Of a DNA stretch of 32,000 nucleotides, positions 8,792 through 16,701 are shown in pieces. The notes beneath the pieces are model-generated. The model did no database searches. It had not been told where the DNA came from and was given only the letters and a program-made list of their open reading frames with translations. The DNA comes from Promethearchaeum syntrophicum. GTDB lineage: Archaea; Asgardarchaeota; Lokiarchaeia; Sigyniarchaeales; Promethearchaeaceae. The stretch covers positions 3,180,001-3,212,000 of the forward strand of contig NZ_CP042905.2 of NCBI RefSeq assembly GCF_008000775.2, in the 5' to 3' direction. The first letter of the stretch is position 1; each line of letters opens with the position of its first letter. A program made the translations under genes and the position numbers.

Positions 8792-9000
8792 TTCACCATC
8801 AACTTTTTTATTTTAATTTAATTACTTAATAAATATAATTTTATATGTCAACCTTTTATAATTTTTCTTATGTTTAAACGATCCTTTATGAAAACATCTA
8901 AGATCTTGAACATTTTCGATTATTAAATTATCTTACAAAAATTAAACAATAATAAAACATATATTAGGGTGTATTTCGCAAAGAAAATCATTAAGTTTGG

Positions 9001-10818
9001 GTGATCTCAATGGTTGCAAAAAAAAAAATCAGTGAAAGAAAGATTAGAAGTCCGATTATAACAGTTTTAGGACACATCGATCACGGTAAGACTACATTGC
9101 TTGATTATATTAGGGGAACAATTGTCCAAAAAAGAGAAGCAGCTGGTATCACCCAGCATATAGGGGCAAGTTTTTTCCCAATGGATACAATTTTAGATTT
9201 TTGTAAAGCGCCTGAATCTTTACGGAAAAAAATAACTATTCCAGGTTTATTAGTAATTGATACCCCAGGACACACAGCATTTATGAATCTAAGAAAAAGA
9301 GGAGGCGCAGTTGCAGATTTCGCCGTTTTGGTCATTGAAATGCCCACTGGACCCATGCAAACTACGTGGGAAGCAGTTAGAATCCTCAGAGATAAAAAAG
9401 TCCCATTTATAATCGCAGCCAATAAAATTGATAGAATAAATGGTTGGAAACCTGAAAAAGATGCCGATTTCATGGAGTCCTATAATAAACAAAATAAATT
9501 CACAAAGGAATTACTTGATAAATACCTATATGAGACAATTGGATTGTTTTATGAAGAGGAATTCCCTGGTATTGAACGTTATGATAGAATTCAAGATTTT
9601 ACAAAGAATTTGGCGATTGTTCCCACCTCTGCAAAAACCGGGGAAGGAATTCCGACTTTATTAATAGTCTTACTAGGAATAGTGCAACAATATCTCCAAA
9701 AAAAAATAGAATATACGGATGGACCTGCTCAAGGTGTCGTATTAGAAGTTAAAAAGGAGACAGGTTATGGAATGACTTTAGATTGTATTATTTTCGATGG
9801 TCATTTGGAAAAGGGACAACAAATCGTAGTCGGAGGTCTTAATGGTCCAATTACCACCCATATACGCGCCCTTTTAACCCCAAAAGAGCTTGATGAAATT
9901 AGAGATCCATCAAAAAAATTCTCCCAAAATGAGATCATATATGCAGCTGCAGGAGTAAAAATCTTAGCACCTGGAATTGAGGATGTAGTAGCGGGAGCAC
10001 CTTTACGGGCGGTTGGCTCAGAAGATAACATTGATGATATTGTTAAAATTATTAGGGAAGAATTAGAAACAATAAATATTTCTACAGATGATGAAGGAAT
10101 TATTCTTAAAGCAGATACATTGGGTTCTTTAGAAGCAGCAGCTTTACTTTTCAAACAGGAAGGATTTTCAATAAGAAAGGCAGAAGTAGGAGCAATTACA
10201 AAAAAGGATGTAGCTGATGCAGTGGCAGCCAGAGAAGTTGATGAATATTCAGGTCAAATCTGCGCGTTTAATGTAAAAATCCTCCCCGATGCTGAAAATG
10301 AAGCCTTAGATCAAAATATCAGGGTATTTCAATCTCCGGTTGTATACCGAATTGTAGAAGATTATAAAGAATATATTACTTCGAGGAAAAATGATGAAAT
10401 TACTAACGTAATGAATGAATTGACATTGCCGGGGAAGATTTCTATACTTCCGCAATATATCTTTCGTCGATCAGGTCCATTAGTTGTTGGGGTTTTAGTT
10501 GAAGGAGGAAAAATTATCCCGAAAATGAAACTTATAAATCAAGATGGAAAAACAGTAGGTACGTTACATTCGATTAAAAAAGATAATAAAAATGTTAAAC
10601 AAGCCATAAAAGGAGAAGAAGTAGCAATTTCTATCACTGGAGGCGTTCTTGGAAGAAATGTACACGAAACGGATAAATTATATCTGAAAGCCCCAGAAAG
10701 TCACATTAGACAACTTAGAACCAGATTTCGAGATGAATTAGCCCCGGAAACTTTGGAGATATTAATCGAATATGTGAAAATAATGAGAAAGCTCGACAAT
10801 CTGTATTGGGCAGCATGA
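9001..10818 (+). CDS. infB: translation initiation factor aIF5B (IF2-type GTPase)
   Basis: GTPase motifs GHIDHGKTTLLD, DTPGH and NKID, followed by archaeal aIF5B domains II-IV. The start is either GTG 9001 or ATG 9010. Confidence 0.95.
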   Translation: MISMVAKKKISERKIRSPIITVLGHIDHGKTTLLDYIRGTIVQKREAAGITQHIGASFFPMDTILDFCKAPESLRKKITIPGLLVIDTPGHTAFMNLRKRGGAVADFAVLVIEMPTGPMQTTWEAVRILRDKKVPFIIAANKIDRINGWKPEKDADFMESYNKQNKFTKELLDKYLYETIGLFYEEEFPGIERYDRIQDFTKNLAIVPTSAKTGEGIPTLLIVLLGIVQQYLQKKIEYTDGPAQGVVLEVKKETGYGMTLDCIIFDGHLEKGQQIVVGGLNGPITTHIRALLTPKELDEIRDPSKKFSQNEIIYAAAGVKILAPGIEDVVAGAPLRAVGSEDNIDDIVKIIREELETINISTDDEGIILKADTLGSLEAAALLFKQEGFSIRKAEVGAITKKDVADAVAAREVDEYSGQICAFNVKILPDAENEALDQNIRVFQSPVVYRIVEDYKEYITSRKNDEITNVMNELTLPGKISILPQYIFRRSGPLVVGVLVEGGKIIPKMKLINQDGKTVGTLHSIKKDNKNVKQAIKGEEVAISITGGVLGRNVHETDKLYLKAPESHIRQLRTRFRDELAPETLEILIEYVKIMRKLDNLYWAA

Positions 10819-10877
10819 TTTCTAATCACTAATAAAAAGAGTTATATTTCATTTATGGGTATCCATTGGATCAACTA

Positions 10878-10887
10878 TTTTTTTTTT
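10878..10887 (+). terminator. oligo-T tract downstream of infB
   Basis: T10 run 60 nt after the infB stop. Confidence 0.35.
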
Positions 10888-10976
10888 GGGAATTCTAAAT
10901 CCTGAAGTATTCGATTTATCTGGTTAAAAATGAAGCAGGAATTATTAATGAGAAAATCTCTGATTTTGATTTTTCT

Positions 10977-11020
10977 AATTTAAGAAAACAAGATAATTAT
11001 AGTTTTCTAATATGATAAAA
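10977..11020. repeat. 44-bp intergenic direct repeat, copy 1
   Basis: aatttaagaaaacaagataattatagttttctaatatgataaaa differs at 3 positions from the copy at 11154-11197. The offset is 177 bp. Confidence 0.85.
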
Positions 11021-11153
11021 AATAGTAATAAATGATAAAAAAAAGTATTTATGAATTTCGAGAAAAGCCCGTAAAGCTCAGCATCATTCAAGATTATTCA
11101 CTAATTATATATTAACCATATGATCCAAGTAATAACTCCTTAATTTTACTCCC

Positions 11154-11197
11154 AATTTAAGTAAACAAGAAAATTATAGCTTTCTAATATGATAAAA
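11154..11197. repeat. 44-bp intergenic direct repeat, copy 2 (about 43 nt upstream of the 11240 ATG)
   Basis: aatttaagtaaacaagaaaattatagctttctaatatgataaaa. It contains a TATA-like aaattatag, so it may be the promoter of the downstream membrane-protein gene. Confidence 0.85.
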
Positions 11198-11239
11198 GAG
11201 TAAGTAAGATTTATTAAACCTTTTTTATATATATACGTT

Positions 11240-12382
11240 ATGAATAAAAAGTATTCTAAAGATCTCAGTTTTCGCGATCTTCTAATTATTATAATGTTAT
11301 CACTACTACAAACAACTTTGATAACAGCTCTGTTGAATAACTTGATCTTTCAAGAAAATTTCTATCTGTACGCGGGCTTATTTGCATTTTTACTATTCCA
11401 ATTAGTTTTTATTTTTCCCCCCGGTTATCGTCAGCCCAATTTGAATGATTTTCGGATATTAATTAAGAAAATTTGGCCAATTTTACTAGAAATAATCTTA
11501 GAATTCGCTTTTTTTATATATTTCAAACAAAAAATAAATAATACTGGATGGGAATCCTATTCGTCCGGTACAATCACTATGTTTCATCATTATTCGTTTG
11601 TATATCATTTTATTTTACTCATTCCATTGTACACTTTTTGCTTGTGGCAATTTAAAAACTATCAAATGAAAATAAATATTGATAATGAAGCTATTCCTGT
11701 AAGCAATAAACAATTTCTTCAACACTTAATAATGAGTTTGATAACTATTGCATCTCCTTTTGCAATTTACTTATTAATTACTGAACTTGATGTAAACTCG
11801 AATTGGGAATCAGAAATGGTATATTTTGGATGTATGTTGCTTCCATTTATCCTAAATTTGATTGTTCTAAAGGCATTTCTCCCTTTTTCGGTTTTTCATC
11901 CTTTAAATCTAATTAAACTCTTAATTCTTTATCTTTCTTGGCATTGGATTGTCTTATGGAATGTTGCTTCTGTTATTATATATTATAACTCTGTTTTTTA
12001 TCAAGTCTTAGGATTGATTTCCATTCTTGGTATGTTAATATTGTTATATTATTTTCAACTGAACCTAGAAAAGTCGTGTGGTTTACCAATAGCTGCACAA
12101 CTCCCAGAAAATACACATATTTCAAACTTAGAAGGAAAAAAAGAACTTAAATTAACTAATCCACAATTTAATTGTCCGACGTGTGGTAATCAGTTAAATT
12201 CCCAAATGGTAAAAGAATTATCTGAAGAAAATAACATATTTTGTAGTTATTGTGGTGAAAAAATTCGATATCAAGAAGTTTTTCAGCTTCCTAAGGAAAA
12301 GATACTCTCCAAACATCAAGAAATTCTAAAAAAAGTCCAACAATCAAATTCTGAACTGAATTCTCATATTAATAATCCATGA
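11240..12382 (+). CDS. polytopic membrane protein with a C-terminal zinc ribbon
   Basis: 380 aa with roughly 8-9 hydrophobic segments. The cytoplasmic tail carries CPTCGN...CSYCGE (CxxC-x21-CxxC). Confidence 0.65.
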   Translation: MNKKYSKDLSFRDLLIIIMLSLLQTTLITALLNNLIFQENFYLYAGLFAFLLFQLVFIFPPGYRQPNLNDFRILIKKIWPILLEIILEFAFFIYFKQKINNTGWESYSSGTITMFHHYSFVYHFILLIPLYTFCLWQFKNYQMKINIDNEAIPVSNKQFLQHLIMSLITIASPFAIYLLITELDVNSNWESEMVYFGCMLLPFILNLIVLKAFLPFSVFHPLNLIKLLILYLSWHWIVLWNVASVIIYYNSVFYQVLGLISILGMLILLYYFQLNLEKSCGLPIAAQLPENTHISNLEGKKELKLTNPQFNCPTCGNQLNSQMVKELSEENNIFCSYCGEKIRYQEVFQLPKEKILSKHQEILKKVQQSNSELNSHINNP

Positions 12383-12398
12383 AAGGGGAATTTAAATA

Positions 12399-12659
12399 AT
12401 GCCAAAATCATCTAAAGAAAAACAAGAGTACGCTAATTTTCTTTTACAAAAAGGAATTTCTTATGCCCAAATCCAAGAAGAATTGAAAAATAGATATGGA
12501 AGTGGAATGTCCAACACAACACTCCAACGAATGATTTTAGAAACAGATCGAATCAAAGAATTGGAGGATAAAATGAAAGATATTTCCTTAGAATTAAAAA
12601 TGTATAAAAAGATGTATTATGAATTGTTAGAAGCCGTAAAAGAAAAAATCAAAGAATGA
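12399..12659 (+). CDS. small HTH-like / coiled-coil protein
   Basis: 86 aa, starting 16 nt after the upstream stop and preceded by a GGGG-containing RBS-like sequence. GISYAQIQEELKNRYGSGMSNTTLQRM looks like an HTH. The C-terminal half is a heptad-like charged helix. Confidence 0.5.
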   Translation: MPKSSKEKQEYANFLLQKGISYAQIQEELKNRYGSGMSNTTLQRMILETDRIKELEDKMKDISLELKMYKKMYYELLEAVKEKIKE

Positions 12660-12676
12660 TGAAAGGAAATCCATAA

Positions 12677-12686
12677 TTTTTTTTTT
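12677..12686 (+). terminator. oligo-T tract
   Basis: T10 run 18 nt after the stop at 12659. Confidence 0.35.
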
Positions 12687-12816
12687 AATGATACATTTTA
12701 AAATTTACTCGATTCCGAAACTTCTTGAAAAAGAGATGCATTTTACTATGCAGGGAAAATGGCCCGGGTACATAAAGATTATATTTTAATGACCTGACCA
12801 AGGTGAGTGATATCCA

Positions 12817-13224
12817 ATGAGTGAAGAATTAACACATAAAATCAATATTTCTGCTGGAAAAGACGCTCCAGAAGAATTTCGTGGTCAAACCAAAGTTATT
12901 CAATTAGATCCTTCTAAATTTCCTTTAGTGGGGAAAAAAATTGGAGAAACATTTAATGGTGGGATCATTGGTTTACCTGGTTATGAACTGAAAATTACTG
13001 GTGGTTCAGACCGTGGAGGTATACCAATGAGAATGGATGTGCACGGTCCTATAAAAAGAAGAATTTTACTTTCAAAAGGTCCATGTTATAAACCAAAAAG
13101 AAAGGGCATTAAACGCCGTAAAATTGTGCTCGGGAACGAAGTAACGGACGGAATCTCACAATTAAATTGTGTAGTGACTAAATTCGGAAAGGAAAAATTA
13201 TTCACTGCAGCAAAGGAGAATTAA
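12817..13224 (+). CDS. rps6e: 30S ribosomal protein S6e
   Basis: GYELKITGGSDRGGIPMRMDVHGPIKRRILLSKGPCYKPKRKGIKRRKIVLGN is the archaeal S6e core. A GGTGA RBS lies upstream. Confidence 0.93.
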   Translation: MSEELTHKINISAGKDAPEEFRGQTKVIQLDPSKFPLVGKKIGETFNGGIIGLPGYELKITGGSDRGGIPMRMDVHGPIKRRILLSKGPCYKPKRKGIKRRKIVLGNEVTDGISQLNCVVTKFGKEKLFTAAKEN

Positions 13225-13256
13225 AGAGCTTTATTGAAGAAACTCGGTGATTTAAA

Positions 13257-13439
13257 ATGGTAAAAATATTAAAGTGTTCATATTGTGGGAAAGATATAAA
13301 CCCGGGAACGGGAATGACCTTTGTAAAAGCGAACGGAGAAATCTTCCAATTTTGTACTAAAAAATGCAGAAAAATGAAGTTACAATTCAAGAAACCCGCC
13401 AGAAAAGTGCGTTGGACTCAATATTACGGTCAAAAATAA
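13257..13439 (+). CDS. rpl24e: 50S ribosomal protein L24e
   Basis: CSYCGKDINPGTGMTFVKANGEIFQFCTKKCRK is the L24e zinc-ribbon signature. Confidence 0.93.
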   Translation: MVKILKCSYCGKDINPGTGMTFVKANGEIFQFCTKKCRKMKLQFKKPARKVRWTQYYGQK

Positions 13440-13474
13440 GAAAACAGATTAAATAAACGTATAAAGGGTAATTG

Positions 13475-13483
13475 TTTTTTTTT
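13475..13483 (+). terminator. oligo-T tract after rps6e-rpl24e
   Basis: T9 run 36 nt after the rpl24e stop. Confidence 0.35.
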
Positions 13484-13540
13484 CCATTTTGTTGAATTTT
13501 TATCAAAAAAATGATTTTTTATTTTAAGAGTTTTAAAATT

Positions 13541-14032
13541 CTATTTGTTAGATAGCTCAGATATATACGTGATACCGTGTTCCACATAGAATTTTAAGAG
13601 AGTTAAAGCTTCTCCCCATCCAGTTGCACATCCCATGAAGGCCTTTCTACCAGATTCAGTATTGTGAAAACCAGATTCAGAAACTCTTACAATAATCCCC
13701 TTAGGTGATTCAATTAGTTCATAAGTGACAGTCGTTGCATAACTTGAATTATCTGGATGCCAGTTAAATTTAAAGTGATTTGGAAATTCTCTTTCCAATA
13801 CTTTCCCCTCATCTTCAATAATGCCTTGAGTGATGTTATTTCGATCAGAAGTCCATTTGAAATACACTCTTCCGCCAGGGGATTTAGCCACAAAAGATTC
13901 TGCTGTAAACCACTCATTCAATCCTTCTGATGTTGTCAGGAGTGTAAAAATTTTCCCGATATCTCCTCGAATTAATGTTCGCTGAATAATTTCTGTATCG
14001 AGTAATAGATTTTCATTTGAAGATTCAGACAT
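13541..14032 (-). CDS. SRPBCC-superfamily protein (AHSA1-like)
   Basis: ~160 aa with an IFTLLTTSEGLNEWFT... pattern typical of Aha1/START-like SRPBCC proteins. I prefer the ATG at 14032 (MSESS...) over the track's GTG at 14044. Confidence 0.7.
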   Translation of the reverse strand: MSESSNENLLLDTEIIQRTLIRGDIGKIFTLLTTSEGLNEWFTAESFVAKSPGGRVYFKWTSDRNNITQGIIEDEGKVLEREFPNHFKFNWHPDNSSYATTVTYELIESPKGIIVRVSESGFHNTESGRKAFMGCATGWGEALTLLKFYVEHGITYISELSNK

Positions 14033-14153
14033 ATATCTAACCACTCACTTTCCCAAAATAAATTTAATTGTTTCCAATCCAAATGTTCTTTTCCAAATAG
14101 ACTTCTTCATAAAAAATTTCAAATATTAAAAGAGAAATTATAATTAATAAAAA

Positions 14154-14675
14154 TTAATTTTCTCTTTTATAATAAGATTTGAAATAATTTTGCAGAATTC
14201 TGATATCGTTTTGAATTTTTGAAATTTGAAATTCCTGTAAACGAGTTTTTTGTAGATTTTTCATGATCGACCGTATATTTTGAATTGAATTTTGCTTGTT
14301 TCCAATCATTTCTTTGTACCACGGAAACATCCATAAATGAAAATGAGGACTCCTTTCTTCTTGGATAATTGTGATATTAAGAATACCCCCCAGAGTTTGA
14401 AGAGATTTTCTTGTCTGATAAATAAGTGAACTCAATTCCTCATAAACTATTTCATCCATTTCAGTAATTGAGGAAATATGATTTTTTGAAGCAATAATGA
14501 TGAATCCACTAAGGGGTATCAAAGGGTCTTGATGTATAACAAAATTTTTTGATTCATATATTAATCCAAATGGAGGATTAACTACTTTCTGTGCAATTCC
14601 ACATCCCATACAAATAAAGTTCCATTTTTTTTCCAAAAAATCTGTAAATTCAGATATTGTCTCAGGTTTTTTCAT
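14154..14675 (-). CDS. HIT-family nucleotide hydrolase/transferase-like protein (HxHxW variant)
   Basis: N-terminal CMGC pair and HQDPLIPLSGFIIIASKNH. The histidine-triad position reads PHFHLWMFP, so the third His is replaced by Trp. Confidence 0.7.
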   Translation of the reverse strand: MKKPETISEFTDFLEKKWNFICMGCGIAQKVVNPPFGLIYESKNFVIHQDPLIPLSGFIIIASKNHISSITEMDEIVYEELSSLIYQTRKSLQTLGGILNITIIQEERSPHFHLWMFPWYKEMIGNKQNSIQNIRSIMKNLQKTRLQEFQISKIQNDIRILQNYFKSYYKREN

Positions 14676-14760
14676 TATTCTTCTTTCATTTATGGTTTTT
14701 CAATTCATTCATATAAAAATTAAAGTTAAAAAAAAAATCTTAAGATTTGCTTGGTTTCGA

Positions 14761-15531
14761 TTAATCTTTTTTCTTCTTTTTCTTTTCTGGATTGATTTTT
14801 ACCATCAAGAATATCATCAGCCACATGACATAAAGAAAAATAACGCCCAGAACCCAACTACTTTCACCAGCTAACTCTAAGAGCCATTCAATCCCATAAA
14901 TCCCTGCTATAGCCATTATACCCATCATTATAATTTTCCCAATAAACATATAGAAAATTGATTTCTTCGCTGAATACTTAATAAAACCTAAAGGAACTAA
15001 TAGTAGACTATCTGGTAACGGTGTAATCGCAAAAATAGTTACAATCCATGGTATTGCCTTTGGATATTTCATAATGAGTCTTGCCCATCGACCTTGAAGT
15101 TCTGGATCATCTCGTTCAAGGATTTTCTCACTCCCCAATCCTATTACATAATCAAGCATGTCTCCAATGGTATTTGCAATAGCAGCTGCTAATGTCAGAA
15201 CGATAATAAATAATACTGCATTTGGAATTCGTGGGTTTAACCATGCATACGAGAAAGTAGATACTGATATCATATATGGAACAGGTATTGGGATCAATGC
15301 ACCTAAAAAACAAGCGAGCATTGTAAAACCTATCGCAGCCCATATAGATACCGAAGATGTGTCTGATCCGAACCAATTTGCTATGGACAATGCATCACCC
15401 ACATCAGGATTTAACCATGCAAGAACTGCAACAATAGTAATTAATACGAAAAAAATAATTAGAAAAATGTTTGATCCGTTTAATTTCGATTTTTTCTTAG
15501 ATTCACTCATATCATATAATTCATTTCTCAA
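14761..15531 (-). CDS. DedA/YqaA-type (VTT/SNARE-associated domain) membrane protein
   Basis: 256 aa and multi-TM. IANTIGDMLDYVIGLG and KYPKAIPWIVTIFAITPLPDSLLLVPLGFIKYS resemble the YqaA/DedA pattern. Confidence 0.6.
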   Translation of the reverse strand: MRNELYDMSESKKKSKLNGSNIFLIIFFVLITIVAVLAWLNPDVGDALSIANWFGSDTSSVSIWAAIGFTMLACFLGALIPIPVPYMISVSTFSYAWLNPRIPNAVLFIIVLTLAAAIANTIGDMLDYVIGLGSEKILERDDPELQGRWARLIMKYPKAIPWIVTIFAITPLPDSLLLVPLGFIKYSAKKSIFYMFIGKIIMMGIMAIAGIYGIEWLLELAGESSWVLGVIFLYVMWLMIFLMVKINPEKKKKKKD

Positions 15532-15619
15532 TCTTTAAGATTTTTGAGAGTTACATATGTGATTCCAAAATCGAAAATAAATTAAAAATTAATTAGAAAA
15601 AAAAGAAATGATGTATAGA

Positions 15620-15859
15620 TTATCGACGAATCTTTTTAGCTTCTCGTTCGGTTTCCCTAAGGATAACAATATCATCTTTTCGTACAGGTCCCTTTAAATT
15701 ACGAGTGATAATGCGTGCTTTATCCTTCCCATCGAGGACACGAACTTTACATTGCATTATCTCTCCAGTTAGTCCTGTTCGTCCAATAATTTGAATTACT
15801 TGGGCATAACTTTGAAATCTATCATCATCATAGCGTTTAGTTTTTTCTTTCTTTGCCAA
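15620..15859 (-). CDS. rps28e: 30S ribosomal protein S28e
   Basis: [51 protein letters not shown] is the S28e signature. Confidence 0.93.
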   Translation of the reverse strand: MAKKEKTKRYDDDRFQSYAQVIQIIGRTGLTGEIMQCKVRVLDGKDKARIITRNLKGPVRKDDIVILRETEREAKKIRR

Positions 15860-15875
15860 AATTCATTCCTCCGAA

Positions 15876-16244
15876 TTATTTCCGCAAGTTCGATGTTTGT
15901 TTTAGAATTTCTTTAAAATCTGCTTCAATAGATTTATCAAACTCGAGAATTGCTAATGCAGAACAAGGAGTATGGATTTCTGCTGCTTTTCCTAATTCGG
16001 CTTTGGTATTCACAAATACATAAGGGATTTTCTTTTCTTGAGCAATTGGAGGGAGATGCATTACAATTTCTGCTGGTGAAATATCACTGGCAATAACAAC
16101 CAATTTAGCTTTGGAACGTTCAATAGATTTTGTACATTCATTCATTCCCTTTTTAATTCGACCGTTTTTCTTAACGGTATTCTTCACAAAATCCAGTACT
16201 TTATTTTTTAAAGCATCTGGAACATCATAATCAACATAAGACAT
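15876..16244 (-). CDS. rpl7ae: 50S ribosomal protein L7Ae (k-turn binding protein)
   Basis: KKGMNECTKSIERSKAKLVVIASDISPAEIVMHLPPIAQEKKIPYVFVNTKAELG is the L7Ae/L30e family core. It lies 16 nt upstream of rps28e on the same strand. Confidence 0.95.
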   Translation of the reverse strand: MSYVDYDVPDALKNKVLDFVKNTVKKNGRIKKGMNECTKSIERSKAKLVVIASDISPAEIVMHLPPIAQEKKIPYVFVNTKAELGKAAEIHTPCSALAILEFDKSIEADFKEILKQTSNLRK

Positions 16245-16252
16245 TTTTTTTT

Positions 16253-16335
16253 AACCTCATCATCGGTTTTGCATAATTTATTCCAAAAAATGGAACTTTT
16301 GTAGTAAATCCAGCAAAAACCTCATCATTGGTCTT
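16253..16335 (-). promoter_or_regulatory. duplicated 18-nt element (RAUGAUGAGGUU in mRNA sense) in the rpl7ae leader; the proximal copy contains the likely SD
   Basis: Plus strand AACCTCATCATCGGTTTT (16253-16270) and AACCTCATCATTGGTCTT (16318-16335) are 16/18 identical. In mRNA sense the proximal copy reads AAAACCGAUGAUGAGGUU-A8-AUG. Confidence 0.5.
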
Positions 16336-16474
16336 AAAACCAATACATGAATAAAAGTAACATAATAATAAAATTTTTCGATACCAAATTATATCGAATA
16401 AAGAAAATAATCTCAAATTAAAACACAAAATTTTATTTTAATGACGTATTGTTTTATTGTGGAGCTGAAAAAAT

Positions 16475-16675
16475 TTGATCATTCCTGTGCGTTGTTTTTC
16501 CTGTGGTAAACTAATTGCAGATAAATATGAGAGATATATTGAATTAATGGGAGATAATCACCCCATTGAAGAAATTTGGAAAGAATTAGGAATTACCCGA
16601 TTTTGCTGCAAGAGAATGTTTACATCTCACGTGGAAATCGTTGATGATTTGCTCAAATTCAACCGACTGCAATAA
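16475..16675 (+). CDS. rpoN: DNA-directed RNA polymerase subunit N (Rpo10)
   Basis: MIIPVRCFSCGK...RFCCKRMFTSHV is the RpoN/RPB10 zinc-bundle signature. The apparent start codon is TTG. Confidence 0.9.
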   Translation: MIIPVRCFSCGKLIADKYERYIELMGDNHPIEEIWKELGITRFCCKRMFTSHVEIVDDLLKFNRLQ

Positions 16676-16701
16676 AAAAGCTTTCTCAATTTCCTATTTT
16701 T

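Noticed and set aside
9105-10154. Track ORFs 9105-9473(-), 9289-9492(-), 9440-9664(+) and 9801-10154(-) inside infB
   Set aside because: They lie entirely within, and antisense or out of frame to, a confidently identified aIF5B gene. Their translations are low-complexity with no motifs, which is typical of shadow ORFs.
10977-11197. Direct repeats considered as a CRISPR array or MITE
   Set aside because: There are only two copies, 177 bp apart, with no terminal inverted repeats or target-site duplication visible. That is neither the regular repeat-spacer periodicity of CRISPR nor a recognisable MITE.
15152-15538. ORFs 15152-15376(-) and 15158-15538(+) overlapping the DedA-like gene, and ORF 14692-14874(+)
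   Set aside because: They overlap a better-supported membrane-protein frame and have no independent start context or motifs.
16253-16335. Reading the two UGAUGA elements as box C and C' of a C/D box sRNA
   Set aside because: No CUGA (box D or D') lies at the expected ~12-nt spacing downstream of either element. The nearest candidate is CUGG. The 65-nt spacing does not fit archaeal C/D sRNA geometry. I kept it only as a possible L7Ae leader element.
16231-16428. 65-aa ORF in the rpl7ae/rpoN divergent spacer
   Set aside because: It overlaps the rpl7ae start, has an odd composition (MCFNLRLFSLFDIIWYRKILLLCYFY) and lies in a promoter/leader region. It is more likely non-coding.
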